Notes: generated by a model not told the origin, from the letters alone. A stretch of DNA of 64,000 bases from Candidatus Omnitrophota bacterium (GCA_025453395.1 JALOQK010000008.1:938-64937), one strand, 5' to 3'. Shown: positions 8,224 to 19,307, counted from the first letter of the stretch. Program-made: numbers and translations.

Positions 8224-9909
8224 TTAGAAATTGGCGCATTCCTGTGCCAAAGATTCCTTAGGAATGCCTGTATCAATGAAATCCCAAGGCAGCCTATCTT
8301 CTATTTTGCCTGCCAACAGGTAGTCTTGCGGGTTGATTCCAGAGCTAATAAAAGCATCCTGCCAAAGCTTAAAATTAAACTGGTCGTCCCAGGCCTGAAA
8401 ACGCCCGCCCTGGCTAAAGACATGTTCAATGACCCCGCCTAAACGCCTATCGCCTCTGGAGAATACCGCCTCAATGAAACTCATATGCGGATCATGAAAA
8501 TTAAGCCTTAAACTTTTGTGCTTAGAGGCTTTATCTCTTAGGATCTTTTGCTTAGCAAACATCGCCTCTATGTTATCCATAGCCTGCCACTGAAAACAGG
8601 TATGCGGCTTGGGGATCATCGTATTAACGCTTATATTTATCTGCGCCCGGGGCAAACCGATTTTTCTTCTTAATTCAGAAACCTTTACCGAAAAATCAAT
8701 TATGCCCTCTAAATCCTCTTGCGTTTCAGAAGGCACCCCTGACATAAAATATAATTTTACCCTCTGATAACCTGCCGAATACGCTTTTTCCATGGCATCA
8801 AAGAAAACATCCTCATCAAATTCTTTATTCAGCACCCGGCGCAGCCTTTGGCTGCCTGCTTCAGGGGCAAAAGTAAGCCCGGTCTTTTTCACCTTAGAAA
8901 GAATTCCCGCGATATCGCCGGTTAAGTCTTTGGGTTTTATGGAAGGAAGCGACACGCTTACTGCCTTTTGGCTAAAACAAGCGAATAAATCTTTGAGTAA
9001 TAAATCTACCCGCGGATAGTCGCTGACGCAAAGCCCGGCCAAAGAAATATCCTCATACCCGGTAGAAGAATATATTTCCTGCGCCGTAGAGATAAGTTTG
9101 TCTTTGCTTCTAAAACGCAAAGGATGATAAATTCTATTGGCCTGGCAGAAACGGCACTTATAAGGGCAGCCGCGCATTACCTCAAGCATCATGCGGTCAT
9201 GGATAATCTCGATATAAGGCACAAGCCACTTCACAGGGAAAAAGCTACTGTCCAGATCCTTGATAAAACGCTTTTTTATCTTCTTGGCCGGCAAAGAAGG
9301 CACATAAACGCCTTCTATATGGGAAAACTCTTTAAGCAATTCTTCTTTAAGCAGACTGCCTGATTTATAATCATCTTTGAGCCTTGCATAAAGCCCCACT
9401 ATCTCCGGGAGGGCCTCTTCAGCTTCCCCAATAAGAAAAAGATCAAAGAAATCACGCATCGGTTCAGGGTTAAAACAACAAACACCCCCTGCGATGACAA
9501 GGGGAAAATCTTTATTGCGCTCTACAGATCTCAAAGGGATATTGCCTAAATCAAGCATGCCCAGCACATTCACATAACCCAATTCATATCCTAAAGAAAA
9601 CCCCGCGAAATCAAAATCTTTAAGCGGCCGGGCTTCTTCAAGAGAAGAAAACAAGAGGTTATTCGCGCGCAAAATTTGCTCCATATCCGCAGCAGGGGCA
9701 AAAAACCTTTGGCAGCAAACCCCATCCAGCTGATTTAACAAGCCATAAATTATCCTGATACCTAAATTACTCATCCCAACTTCATACAAATCCGGGAAAC
9801 ATAAAGCAAAGTTTACCTTGTTATCCTCAAATTTCTTTGAGGAAACATTCCATTCTCCCCCGGTATAACGCGCCGGCTTTCTTACCTGTAATAAATAATC
9901 TTCAGTCAT
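8224..9909 (-). CDS. B12-binding radical SAM protein (TIGR03960-like family)
   Basis: KPARYTGGEWN, FPDLYEVGMSNLG, CPYKCRFC (CxxxCxxC), TFAPEAG. Confidence 0.88.
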   Translation of the reverse strand: MTEDYLLQVRKPARYTGGEWNVSSKKFEDNKVNFALCFPDLYEVGMSNLGIRIIYGLLNQLDGVCCQRFFAPAADMEQILRANNLLFSSLEEARPLKDFDFAGFSLGYELGYVNVLGMLDLGNIPLRSVERNKDFPLVIAGGVCCFNPEPMRDFFDLFLIGEAEEALPEIVGLYARLKDDYKSGSLLKEELLKEFSHIEGVYVPSLPAKKIKKRFIKDLDSSFFPVKWLVPYIEIIHDRMMLEVMRGCPYKCRFCQANRIYHPLRFRSKDKLISTAQEIYSSTGYEDISLAGLCVSDYPRVDLLLKDLFACFSQKAVSVSLPSIKPKDLTGDIAGILSKVKKTGLTFAPEAGSQRLRRVLNKEFDEDVFFDAMEKAYSAGYQRVKLYFMSGVPSETQEDLEGIIDFSVKVSELRRKIGLPRAQINISVNTMIPKPHTCFQWQAMDNIEAMFAKQKILRDKASKHKSLRLNFHDPHMSFIEAVFSRGDRRLGGVIEHVFSQGGRFQAWDDQFNFKLWQDAFISSGINPQDYLLAGKIEDRLPWDFIDTGIPKESLAQECANF

Positions 9910-9920
9910 AGTAGTAGTGT

Positions 9921-10018
9921 AAAGCTTAAAGCGAAAAATGCAAAATCATAATTAAAAATTTAAAAGTTTTCAATTTTACGCTATAGTTTTACGCTTTGCG
10001 CTTTGAATTTTTAGCTTT
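9921..10018. repeat. Heptamer-periodic inverted-arm element, family A copy 1
   Basis: AAAGCT...AGCTTT termini. 9972-10000 is the reverse complement of 19330-19358 at 28/29 nt. Confidence 0.75.
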
Positions 10019-10019
10019 C

Positions 10020-11117
10020 TTAAAACACTGTCCTGGTCTTCTCAATATTGGCCAGTATTCCCAAAGATATAAATGTCACCAAGATTGAGGAACCCCCGTA
10101 ACTCATTAATGGCAACGGCACTCCCACCACAGGGACAAGCCCTATATTCATGGCGATATTAATCAATACCTGCAAGCCTAACATAAAGGTAACCCCAAAA
10201 GCAAGAAGCTTACCGAAATAATCACTTGTAGATAAAGCGATGCGTATGCCCTTTTTTAGTATTAATGAATACAGGAACAATAAAACCAATACCCCCACAA
10301 GCCCCCATTCTTCAGAGAAAGTGGCAAAAATAAAATCTGTATGCGCTTCGGGCAAGAAATGCAGCTGGCTTTGCGTGCCGGCAAGCCATCCTTTTCCCAA
10401 AAATCCTCCTGAGCCAATGGCTATCTTAGATTGTATCACTGTATAGCCGGCGCCCAAGGGATCAATGTTGGGATTCAGAAAAACAAGGATCCTATTCTTC
10501 TGATAATCCTTAAGCATCTGCCATAAAATAGGCGCGCAAAGCAAAGATAATAAGAACAGCCCTGCATAGTAACGGATTTTTACCCCGGCCATAAAACTTA
10601 CTGCCAAAAAAACAAATATTACTAATAATCCTGTGCCCAAATCCGGCTGTTTGATAATAATTACAGCGGGGATCATCACTAAAAAAAATGGCAGGATAAA
10701 AGCTCGCAGGATCCCGTATTTATACGCGCCCCATGTGGTATCCATCTTGCTTTGAGTAAAATATCGCGCGATAGACATAACCATTATAATCTTGGCGAAT
10801 TCCGAAGGCTGGAAACTGAAAATTCCGATCCTTAACCATCTTTGCGCGCCAAGCCGAACACTGCCTAACGCCAAAACTAATAGAAGAATAATAAATATAG
10901 CAAAATAGAAAAGATAAGAAACACCCCAAAGATTCCGGTAATTAATGCTGGATATTACCCAGAATAATAACACCCCTAAGAAAACCCAGAGTATTTGACG
11001 TTGATAAATAAACTGCCAACTTTCTGCCTCTTTTTGATAAGTGCTGCTGTATATAGAAAGCACTCCGCAAGCGGTTATCAAAATAGCAATAAAAAGAATT
11101 GAGAGTCTGCTTTTCAT
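10020..11117 (-). CDS. rodA: Rod shape-determining protein RodA (SEDS glycosyltransferase)
   Basis: GAQRWL, FQPSEFAK, QPDLGT, LPEAHTDFIF, SYGGSS; follows mrdA. Confidence 0.93.
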   Translation of the reverse strand: MKSRLSILFIAILITACGVLSIYSSTYQKEAESWQFIYQRQILWVFLGVLLFWVISSINYRNLWGVSYLFYFAIFIILLLVLALGSVRLGAQRWLRIGIFSFQPSEFAKIIMVMSIARYFTQSKMDTTWGAYKYGILRAFILPFFLVMIPAVIIIKQPDLGTGLLVIFVFLAVSFMAGVKIRYYAGLFLLSLLCAPILWQMLKDYQKNRILVFLNPNIDPLGAGYTVIQSKIAIGSGGFLGKGWLAGTQSQLHFLPEAHTDFIFATFSEEWGLVGVLVLLFLYSLILKKGIRIALSTSDYFGKLLAFGVTFMLGLQVLINIAMNIGLVPVVGVPLPLMSYGGSSILVTFISLGILANIEKTRTVF

Positions 11118-12835
11118 ATAAGCCCTTCCTCAAACATGCGCGTAATAATTTCTTTCGCTATTAAGCAGGCATAATAGCCTGCCTTGCCGTTTTCCAAGAA
11201 AACACAAACAGCAAATTTAGGGCGATCAGATGGGAAAAAACCGGCAAACCATCCGTGCGCAAAAGATCCAGTTACCTGCGCGGAACCTGTTTTGCCTGAT
11301 ACCTTAACTGGCAAATCCGCCAAAATACTGGCTGTACCAGCTGGATCTGATACGGCCTTACGCATGCCATCACTTATGTAATTAACTATCTCTTGCTTGG
11401 AAATAACTTTTATTTTCTTGCCAGAATGCCCCCCTGCGTTATATCCAGCGGCATATTTAGTAACATGCGGAACAACCAAAAAACCACCATTAGCAAAACA
11501 GGCAGTAACTCTTAGTATTTGTATAGGCGTGGTCAATAAATCACCCTGGCCAATAGAAAAATTGGCCGTATCCCCATCATACCATTTTTGATCCCGGCTT
11601 GATTTCTTCCAGGCTACTGATGGCACAAACCCGGATACCTCATATGGAAGATCTATCCCTGTGGTTTTTGCCAAACCAAATCTCAGAGAATAATCTGTTA
11701 TTAGTTGCGGGCCCAAGGCTAAGCCTGTATGATAAAAAAATACATCGCAGGAACCGGCTATGGCCTGTATTAAATCTTGACGGTTATGCGTATCCCAGCA
11801 CTTAAACTGCCGCCTGCCTATTGTTAGAAATCCAGGGCAAATAAAAGAAGTCCCGAGATTTATTTTCTTTTTTTCCAGGCCCGCAACAGCCACAATTAAC
11901 TTAAATATAGAACCAGGCGCATACGAAGCGCTTATCGCGCGATTCAAAAAAGGCGAATGCTTGTCGTTTAAAACCTCTTCAATAGAAGAAGAGCCTTTGA
12001 TAAAAATACCCGGGTCAAAATCCGGGAAACTTGCTAACGCCAGGATTTCCCCTGTATCAGGCTGCATAATAATAACCGCGCCTTTTTGGTTTTGCATCGC
12101 CTGTTGGACGATTTGCTGGATCTTAATATCTAAGGTTAGGCCCACATCGCCACCATTAACAGCAGGCTTATATCCTATTACTCTGACTAATTTTCCGACA
12201 TGATCTACTTCCGCGGATATCGCCCCATCGCCTTGGCGTAAAATATAATCATATTTTTCTTCTGCCCCGCCAAATCCCACAATATCTGCCGGCTTATAAC
12301 CGTAATCGGATAATTTATAAAGCCGCCACTGGTCTATTTGGCTTAGATACCCTAACACATGGCATGCCAGATTGCCATACGGATAATAGCGTAATGGATG
12401 CGGCTGTATGATAATTCCGGGTGAATCAAATTTAGCCTGCTCAAGGGCGATAAGCTTTTTGTTATCAGAAATCGTATCCAAAACAACTGGCAGCGATTCA
12501 GAGATATAACGCGACCTGAATCTCTTCCTAAGCTTCTGCTCATCCTGCTCTAATACAAAGGCGATTTTCCTTAACGCCCTTTCAAGTTCATCTTTATTTT
12601 GCCCTGAAACCATCACATCAAAAGCCAGGTAATTGTCCGCAATAGGATTTCCGTTACGGTCCAAGATCCTTCCTCTTGCGCCTTCTTGAGGCAGAACCCG
12701 GATGCAGTTCTTTTGGCTGAGCAAGCTGAATTTGGCCCCCTGGATTATTGCAAGATTAAAAACCCCAAAGCCCAAAACAACAAAGCTGGCGATAAAAACC
12801 GATATTACAAGTTTTGTCCTGTTCGGATAAGTCAT
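11114..12835 (-). CDS. mrdA: Penicillin-binding protein 2
   Basis: PGSIFK (SxxK), SCD, KTG motifs; located in the mreBCD operon. Confidence 0.92.
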   Translation of the reverse strand: MTYPNRTKLVISVFIASFVVLGFGVFNLAIIQGAKFSLLSQKNCIRVLPQEGARGRILDRNGNPIADNYLAFDVMVSGQNKDELERALRKIAFVLEQDEQKLRKRFRSRYISESLPVVLDTISDNKKLIALEQAKFDSPGIIIQPHPLRYYPYGNLACHVLGYLSQIDQWRLYKLSDYGYKPADIVGFGGAEEKYDYILRQGDGAISAEVDHVGKLVRVIGYKPAVNGGDVGLTLDIKIQQIVQQAMQNQKGAVIIMQPDTGEILALASFPDFDPGIFIKGSSSIEEVLNDKHSPFLNRAISASYAPGSIFKLIVAVAGLEKKKINLGTSFICPGFLTIGRRQFKCWDTHNRQDLIQAIAGSCDVFFYHTGLALGPQLITDYSLRFGLAKTTGIDLPYEVSGFVPSVAWKKSSRDQKWYDGDTANFSIGQGDLLTTPIQILRVTACFANGGFLVVPHVTKYAAGYNAGGHSGKKIKVISKQEIVNYISDGMRKAVSDPAGTASILADLPVKVSGKTGSAQVTGSFAHGWFAGFFPSDRPKFAVCVFLENGKAGYYACLIAKEIITRMFEEGLI

Positions 12836-13311
12836 TTTATGGATGGATTAATTATATATTCCCAAAGGATATAAGAACCTGCTGCGGAAAAAATAACACC
12901 AACGGCCAATATCCTTAAGAATACACCCCAAGATACGCTTAAGCCGTTTGTCAGCATCAGCCCGTGGATAATCAATGAATAAAACAAAAAACCTGCCGCC
13001 ACCACAGAAATCTTTACAAAGATATTTTCTATTTCTATTTTTCTGGCAACAAAAGAAAATAAAAGGCTGAATACCGGAAATAAAATACAATTTAACCCAA
13101 CCGAACCCGAGATAAAAATATCCTTAGCCAAACCGCAAAACAGGCCGATAATTAAAACCCTCGCGATATTATAACAAAACAATAAACTAAACAACGCGTT
13201 AATCAAAAACAAAAGATCCGGCTTAAGATATAATAACCGCATATCGTTTATAATGCCGGCCTGAAAATACGCGGTTAATAATATAAGCCCCGCTATAAAA
13301 ATACTGCTCAT
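12832..13311 (-). CDS. mreD: Rod shape-determining protein MreD
   Basis: Hydrophobic protein with KPDL and GLAKD motifs, between mreC and mrdA. Confidence 0.82.
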   Translation of the reverse strand: MSSIFIAGLILLTAYFQAGIINDMRLLYLKPDLLFLINALFSLLFCYNIARVLIIGLFCGLAKDIFISGSVGLNCILFPVFSLLFSFVARKIEIENIFVKISVVAAGFLFYSLIIHGLMLTNGLSVSWGVFLRILAVGVIFSAAGSYILWEYIINPSIK

Positions 13312-14078
13312 TGCGCAACCACCATTACTTCCTCTGTGTTTGCTAAATCTGAAAAGGGTTTGACAATTGCGTATTTACTTAAGCCTGAGAATTCCTCGCC
13401 TACATAAGTTACCGTGCCAATCATTAAACCTTTAGGGCAGCCTGAGGTTAGCCCGGAGGTAACTATCACATCAGAAACCTGGATGTCCGCATCGCGCGGC
13501 AGATACTTCATATTTAAGCAATTTCCTAACCCGCCACAGATCAAACCTTCCTGACGGCTGCGCATAACTAAAGCAGAAATACTTAAACTAGGATCACTAA
13601 TAAGAAGGACTTTGCTTGTAAAATTACCAGTCTCAACCACCCTGCCCAACAGCCCCTTATAAGACAAAACCGTCATTCCTTTATTGATGCCGCTTGCTTT
13701 TCCTTTATTAATAATAAGGCTTGCTGACCAGTTATCCGGGGAATGCGCGATTACACCCGCCACGCGCACCTTAAATGAAGATTGATCTTTCAGGGAAAGA
13801 AGCTCTCTTAAGCGGGAATTTTCCGCGTCTATTTCATCTATCTTATTTAACATCTGCTTCAGAAGCCCGTTCTCTTCTTCTAATTTAATATTATTTTTAT
13901 AATTACGGTGATAGAAAATAGCGGCCTTTGTTTCATCGGCAAGAAAATTAAACAACGATAACGGCAGGTGTGAAATGTCTAAAGCAATGGGTTTAAGATA
14001 GGAAACGGTTAGAGAACAAACTAAAGCAAAGCCGGCTACTACGAAAGTAAGGGTTAGATTTTTACTGGGTTTAAACAC
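13308..14078 (-). CDS. mreC: Rod shape-determining protein MreC
   Basis: TM segment, coiled coil ENSRLRELL, IINKG..G, VTSGL...PKGLMIG. Confidence 0.92.
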   Translation of the reverse strand: MFKPSKNLTLTFVVAGFALVCSLTVSYLKPIALDISHLPLSLFNFLADETKAAIFYHRNYKNNIKLEEENGLLKQMLNKIDEIDAENSRLRELLSLKDQSSFKVRVAGVIAHSPDNWSASLIINKGKASGINKGMTVLSYKGLLGRVVETGNFTSKVLLISDPSLSISALVMRSRQEGLICGGLGNCLNMKYLPRDADIQVSDVIVTSGLTSGCPKGLMIGTVTYVGEEFSGLSKYAIVKPFSDLANTEEVMVVAQ

Positions 14079-14080
14079 AT

Positions 14081-15154
14081 TTAAGAATGCATCTCAGACT
14101 TTATCGGAACGGTAACTCTCTTGAGGTATTTTATTTCATTAAGCACTTTGCCTGTTCCGTTTGCTACCGCGGTAAGAGGGTCATCGGCAACATGCACCGG
14201 CAGGCCTGTCTCTTCAGAAATTAATTTATCCAAACCTCTTAATAGAGAACCGCCGCCCGCCATCATAATCCCATGCTCAATAAGGTCCGCTGACAATTCC
14301 GGAGGAGTCCTCTCAAGAGAGATCTTAGCAGATTCCACGATTGCCCTTAAGGGCTCTTGCAACGCCTCTCTTATTTCTTCAGAAGTAATGGTGACGGTTT
14401 TAGGCAGGCCCGCGATTAAATCTCTGCCTTTAACCTCAAGGCTCATTTCCTCTTCTAAAGGATAGGCAGAGCCTATTTTTATTTTTATATCTTCAGCAGT
14501 ACGCTCGCCGATCATTAAATTGTAAGTCTTTTTAAGATATTCAATGACCGCCTGATCCATTTCATCTCCGCCAATGCGTATAGAACGGGCAAAGACAATC
14601 CCCGCCAAAGAAATAACCGCGATCTCAGTTGTGCCGCCTCCTATATCTATGATCATATTGCCAATCGGGTCCTGAATCGGCAATCCCACCCCAATAGCCG
14701 CGGCCACAGGCTCTTCAATTAAAAATACTTCCCTGGCGCCAGCGCGCTCAGCTGAATCCTTAACCGCGCGTTTTTCCACTTCCGTAATGCCCGATGGGAT
14801 GGCAATAACAATTCTGGGCCTGACTAAAACCCTGCGATGATGCACCTTCTTAATAAAATACCGCAGCATCGCTTCGGTAATTTCAAAATCCGCAATAACC
14901 CCGTCTTTCATAGGGCGAATGGCGATAATATTGCCCGGGGTCCGGCCTAACATGCGCTTTGCTTCATCCCCTACAGCTAAAACATGGGAAGTCCCGCGCT
15001 CTATAGCTACTACTGAAGGCTCACACAAAACTACGCCTTCTCCTTTAACATAAACCAAAGTAGAGGCGGTGCCTAAGTCTATCCCCATGTCATTAGAGAA
15101 TAAACCTAATATATAATTTATTGTTTTCTTCAGTATCTCAGGGATTTGCGCCAT
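14081..15154 (-). CDS. mreB: Actin-like rod shape protein MreB
   Basis: [35 protein letters not shown]. Confidence 0.97.
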   Translation of the reverse strand: MAQIPEILKKTINYILGLFSNDMGIDLGTASTLVYVKGEGVVLCEPSVVAIERGTSHVLAVGDEAKRMLGRTPGNIIAIRPMKDGVIADFEITEAMLRYFIKKVHHRRVLVRPRIVIAIPSGITEVEKRAVKDSAERAGAREVFLIEEPVAAAIGVGLPIQDPIGNMIIDIGGGTTEIAVISLAGIVFARSIRIGGDEMDQAVIEYLKKTYNLMIGERTAEDIKIKIGSAYPLEEEMSLEVKGRDLIAGLPKTVTITSEEIREALQEPLRAIVESAKISLERTPPELSADLIEHGIMMAGGGSLLRGLDKLISEETGLPVHVADDPLTAVANGTGKVLNEIKYLKRVTVPIKSEMHS

Positions 15155-15161
15155 AGCAAGG

Positions 15162-15190
15162 ATTTTAACAGAGTTTCAAAGTGCTGTCAA
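15162..15190 (-). promoter_or_regulatory. Sigma70 promoter of the mreB operon (probably leaderless mRNA)
   Basis: TTGACA-N17-TAAAAT with TGn extension; the ATG lies 8 nt downstream of the -10 box. Confidence 0.65.
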
Positions 15191-15198
15191 ACAAAAAG

Positions 15199-16551
15199 TT
15201 AGATTAAAATAGCCTTTAAAGTGCTTAGAAAATCCGGAAAAGACTTATCAATGCAGCTGACATCATCTAAAATACTCTCATCCCGGGCTGCTAAGGCGGC
15301 AATAATCAGGCTCATGGCAGTCCGATGGTCATTAAAACTTCTTAAGATAGCCGCGTAAAGCTCTGATGGAGCGTTAATAATAACATCTTCCCCGTATTTG
15401 GAAGGCACAACCTTAATATCTACGCCCATACGGGCCAAATTGCTGCGCATAGACTCTATCCTGTCGGTTTCTTTGAAGCGCAACTCCCCTACCCCGTGAA
15501 AAACACTTTTGCCTTTGGCAAGACTTGCAGCTACCATTAATATAGGAAGTTCATCAATTAAAGACGGCACCTGTTTCGCGGATATATTCACGCCGCTTAA
15601 ACGGCTCGTGCTTACAAAGATATCGCCTGCCGGCTCAAAACGGGAAAATTTGTTATTATATTTTTTAATCCTGATCTTACCGCCCATTCTTTTAAGCACC
15701 CTTAAGAAACCAACGCGCGAAGGATTAAGGCTGACATTTTTGATAATCAAAGATGAATTCCTGAAAACAGCTGCTGCCACAATAAAGAAACTCGCCGAAG
15801 AAATATCCCCCGGAATAGTAATGGCTCCCGGAGAAACAAGCTTATCCAGAGCCTCTACAGAAACACTGTTTTTCTTAATTTCAACAGGCGCGCCAAAAAG
15901 TTTAAGCATACGCTCGGTGTGGTCACGCGTTTTAACAGACTCGATAACTGCTGTTTTTCCTTTTGCGCAAAGCCCTGCCAAAAGTACCGCTGACTTTACC
16001 TGAGCTGAGGCAACCGGCATTTTGTAATTAATAGATTTAAGCCCTCCCCCTTGAATAGTTAGAGGGGCATATTCTTCGGATTTAGCGCCTTTCATTCTTA
16101 CTTTTGAGGTTATCTTAGCGCCCATTAATCTCAAAGGAAGGTTAACCCGCAGCATTGGCCGGCGGCCAAGAGACCTGCCTACCTTAATAGAGGCTCTAAA
16201 ATTACAACCTGCTAAAACCCCCAACACAAGGCGCAAGGTCGTGCCGGATTCAGCAATAAAAAGCCTGCCGCTTTGGGGTCTCTTAAGATTCTTAAGCCCT
16301 TTGCCGTGCACTGTTACTAATAACCCGGGAAATCTTTTATTATTGCTCTTACGAAAACAGATATCCACGCCTAATTTTTGCAAAACTTCTATCGTGGAAA
16401 GGCAATCCTGATTGGCGGGAAAATTACTGATCACAACTTTGCTACTTGATAAAGCGCTTATTATAGCGCTTCTATGGGCAATGGACTTATCACCTGAGAA
16501 ACAAATCCTGCCTCTTAACCCTGCAGCCGGCCGAATTAAGAAAAAACACAT
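15199..16551 (-). CDS. aroA: EPSP synthase
   Basis: GDKSIAHR, ESGTTLR, ASAQVKSA, RDHTERML, IDELP, KETDRI, DHR. Confidence 0.95.
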   Translation of the reverse strand: MCFFLIRPAAGLRGRICFSGDKSIAHRSAIISALSSSKVVISNFPANQDCLSTIEVLQKLGVDICFRKSNNKRFPGLLVTVHGKGLKNLKRPQSGRLFIAESGTTLRLVLGVLAGCNFRASIKVGRSLGRRPMLRVNLPLRLMGAKITSKVRMKGAKSEEYAPLTIQGGGLKSINYKMPVASAQVKSAVLLAGLCAKGKTAVIESVKTRDHTERMLKLFGAPVEIKKNSVSVEALDKLVSPGAITIPGDISSASFFIVAAAVFRNSSLIIKNVSLNPSRVGFLRVLKRMGGKIRIKKYNNKFSRFEPAGDIFVSTSRLSGVNISAKQVPSLIDELPILMVAASLAKGKSVFHGVGELRFKETDRIESMRSNLARMGVDIKVVPSKYGEDVIINAPSELYAAILRSFNDHRTAMSLIIAALAARDESILDDVSCIDKSFPDFLSTLKAILI

Positions 16552-17607
16552 TTATTTTTTTATGACCTTATCACCCTCTTGGACTACTTCTTTTAATCCT
16601 GCGGAAGCAAAACCTGCCGCGGACATAGAATCATGCACTTTTTCTACGTTAACTTCTCCCAAAAGCTTATTGTTGCGGGAAACCTGAAAAGTGTCCCCGG
16701 CTTTCACGCCGTCTTTTTCGCCGATATTCAACACCACAAAATCATACTCACGGTTTACTACCGCGATGCTGCCTTCGGGATTAAGCAAGGCCTGCCGGGC
16801 AAGCTCTTTTGCTTTTTGCGCCTCTTTTGCAGCCTGGGCTTTCGCTTCAACCTCTTGCTGATTATCATACTTCTTGGTTGTGCGCTGCATCTCTTTGCGC
16901 ATCTTCTCTTCATTCTTAAGTTTTAACTCGTCTTGTTTTTTCTGGGCAAGCTGCTGGTCTTTCTTTATTTTCTCTTCCAGCTTAAGCTTTGCCTCTTGGG
17001 CTTTCTGTTTTTCCCTGGCTTCCCTGGCTTCTTCTTTTGTGTTTTTCTTGACAGAAACTGCTTGCGGCTTATCTTCAGGGGAAACAACGATAGTGCCTAA
17101 CTGCACGCCTTTAAATTTTTCTTCCAACTGGCGGGATTTTTCTTCCAAGTCTTTAATTTTTACCTCTAAATCTATTTTCTTATTTTCCAGTTCCGCCAAA
17201 CGGGCTTGGATGGTTTTATTTTCTTCCTGCGCGCGGGAAAGCTGTTTGGCCAAATCATCTTTAGAGACAACCTGCTTATTCAGCTCTGCCTTTACTACGC
17301 CAATCTGATCCATGGCATCTTGCTTTGCCGCTTTCTCATTTTCCAATTCAGTATTTAAAGCAGAAACTTTTTTCTCCGTGGAGCTTAATTTATCCTCTAG
17401 GCTGAAGATCGTTTTCTTTGAATCTTCTAATTTCATTTTGGTCAGCTTCTGCTCAGCCCTGACATCTTCAAGCTGTTGCTGGATTTGGGCCTTAGCTAAT
17501 TTTTCCTGATTAAGAAGATAATATAGGCCGCCTGATAAAGCCAAAGATATAATGATAAGAAGTGTTAATATGATAATCGCGACTTTACCTTTTTTATTCA
17601 TGGCCAT
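16552..17607 (-). CDS. Membrane-anchored long coiled-coil protein with a C-terminal beta domain (FlgT C-terminal-like)
   Basis: N-terminal TM segment, ~240-aa charged coiled coil, C-terminal VVLNIGEKDGVKAGDTFQV; SD GGAGGAG upstream. Confidence 0.6.
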   Translation of the reverse strand: MAMNKKGKVAIIILTLLIIISLALSGGLYYLLNQEKLAKAQIQQQLEDVRAEQKLTKMKLEDSKKTIFSLEDKLSSTEKKVSALNTELENEKAAKQDAMDQIGVVKAELNKQVVSKDDLAKQLSRAQEENKTIQARLAELENKKIDLEVKIKDLEEKSRQLEEKFKGVQLGTIVVSPEDKPQAVSVKKNTKEEAREAREKQKAQEAKLKLEEKIKKDQQLAQKKQDELKLKNEEKMRKEMQRTTKKYDNQQEVEAKAQAAKEAQKAKELARQALLNPEGSIAVVNREYDFVVLNIGEKDGVKAGDTFQVSRNNKLLGEVNVEKVHDSMSAAGFASAGLKEVVQEGDKVIKK

Positions 17608-17672
17608 TCTCTCCTCCGTTTTTAATTTTTCAAGACCCTTAACTGGTTATTATAAGTAAACTACCGTTAAAA

Positions 17673-18575
17673 TCAAGCTATTTTTAAGAATTCCTGCGGA
17701 ATAGAAGAATCAAACTCTATAGCCTTCTGGCTTGTTGGATGGATAAAAGAAATATATTTCGCGTGCAGCGCCATGCGCGAAAAAGAATTATTCTTGCCGT
17801 ATTTATCATCGCCTAATATAGGATAACCTAAATGCGACAGATGCACCCTTAATTGATGGGTCCTGCCGGTAAACGGCTCTAATTCTACTAAAGTAGAATC
17901 CTTATTGCGTTTGATGACCCGGTAAGAAGTCTTGGCGTATTTATTGCCTGAAGAAAAACTAACTGCCATATTTTTCCTTTTGGAAGGATGCCTTCCGATA
18001 GGAAGCTCAATTACATCATGGTCAAAATCCATAACCCCTTTAACCAAGGCCACATATTTTCTATTAATGGAATGCCGGGCGAATTGTTCAGCCAAACAAA
18101 GGTGGCTGGCGTTATTTTTCGCGATAACCAGAAGCCCGGAAGTATCCTTATCTAAGCGATGCACTATCCCGGGCCGCTCTGGGTTTATTGAAGAAAGATT
18201 TTTAAAACGAAACAGCATCGCGTTGACAAGGGTCTTATCCGGATTCCCCGCGGCAGGATGCACACAAAGCCCGGGCTGCTTATTAATCACCGCCAAGTCA
18301 TCATCTTCATAAATAACATCCAAAGAAATCTCTTGAGCTAATAAAGCGGCGGCCTGCTTCTCTTGAAAAGAAAAAACAATTTCTTCATCCAGATGTAATT
18401 TATAATGGGCGCTTTTTACCGGCTGGCCCTGGATTAAAACACCTCCTTTAGAAATAAAATCCTGGATTTTCTCACGGGAAATGCCTAATTTATTTTCTTT
18501 GGAGAAAGCCGCCAATACCGCATCAACACGTTTGCCAACTTCATTGGCTGTAACCTTTAACCTGTATTCTGGCAT
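17673..18575 (-). CDS. rluD: RluA/RluD-family 23S rRNA pseudouridine synthase
   Basis: S4 domain, VINKQPG, HRLDKDTSG, TGRTHQLRVH; downstream of lspA-lgt. Confidence 0.88.
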   Translation of the reverse strand: MPEYRLKVTANEVGKRVDAVLAAFSKENKLGISREKIQDFISKGGVLIQGQPVKSAHYKLHLDEEIVFSFQEKQAAALLAQEISLDVIYEDDDLAVINKQPGLCVHPAAGNPDKTLVNAMLFRFKNLSSINPERPGIVHRLDKDTSGLLVIAKNNASHLCLAEQFARHSINRKYVALVKGVMDFDHDVIELPIGRHPSKRKNMAVSFSSGNKYAKTSYRVIKRNKDSTLVELEPFTGRTHQLRVHLSHLGYPILGDDKYGKNNSFSRMALHAKYISFIHPTSQKAIEFDSSIPQEFLKIA

Positions 18576-18578
18576 ATG

Positions 18579-19307
18579 TTAGCGTTTGTTAAGCTGGATC
18601 AGTTTTAGGCAAGCAAAGATAAAAAAACCCGCGCTTATAATCTGGAATAAGCTTAAGCCGTAAAAGAAATGCGGATTATCCGCGCGCAAGAATTCCATAA
18701 AAAACCTCTTGGTTGAGTATAATAAAAGATACCACAAGAATACCTGGCCCTGTCTATGGGGCTTATCCTGTAAGTTCTTCAGGAAAAGAAAAAGCGCAAA
18801 AAGAATAATGCTTGAATAAAGTTGCGTTGGAATAAGAAAGGCGTCATGCGCGGGAAAATACATCCCCCATATTTTGTTTTCCCTGCCGTAGCAACAGCCA
18901 TTTAAAAAACACCCCAGCCTGCCAATGGCATGGCCTAATGCCAAAAACGGCGCCAATAGATCAAGTACCGTGTAGATTCTTAATTTGTTTCTTTTGACAT
19001 AATATAACGCGGTTAATGACCCGGCAGTAAAACCGCCAAACCAGGACATTCCGCCGTGCTGCAGCATGATTATTTCTAAAGGTTCAGCCAAATAATCCCT
19101 AAAATGCTCTACTACAAAAAATATCCGCGCCCCCAAAATCCCCGCGATAAAAGAATAAAAACAAAGATTGTAGATTATGTTGGGATCTATCCCTTGCTTC
19201 TTAGCCTGACGGCAAGCTAAGGATACCGCGGTTAAAAAAGCAACAACCATCATTAAACCGTAGGAATAAATGGTAAATGGACCGATTTGACAGATAATTG
19301 GATGCAT
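18579..19307 (-). CDS. lgt: Prolipoprotein diacylglyceryl transferase
   Basis: YSYG, GARI, GGMSWFGG, IGRLGCFLNGCCYG, PTQLY, EFLR. Confidence 0.93.
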   Translation of the reverse strand: MHPIICQIGPFTIYSYGLMMVVAFLTAVSLACRQAKKQGIDPNIIYNLCFYSFIAGILGARIFFVVEHFRDYLAEPLEIIMLQHGGMSWFGGFTAGSLTALYYVKRNKLRIYTVLDLLAPFLALGHAIGRLGCFLNGCCYGRENKIWGMYFPAHDAFLIPTQLYSSIILFALFLFLKNLQDKPHRQGQVFLWYLLLYSTKRFFMEFLRADNPHFFYGLSLFQIISAGFFIFACLKLIQLNKR

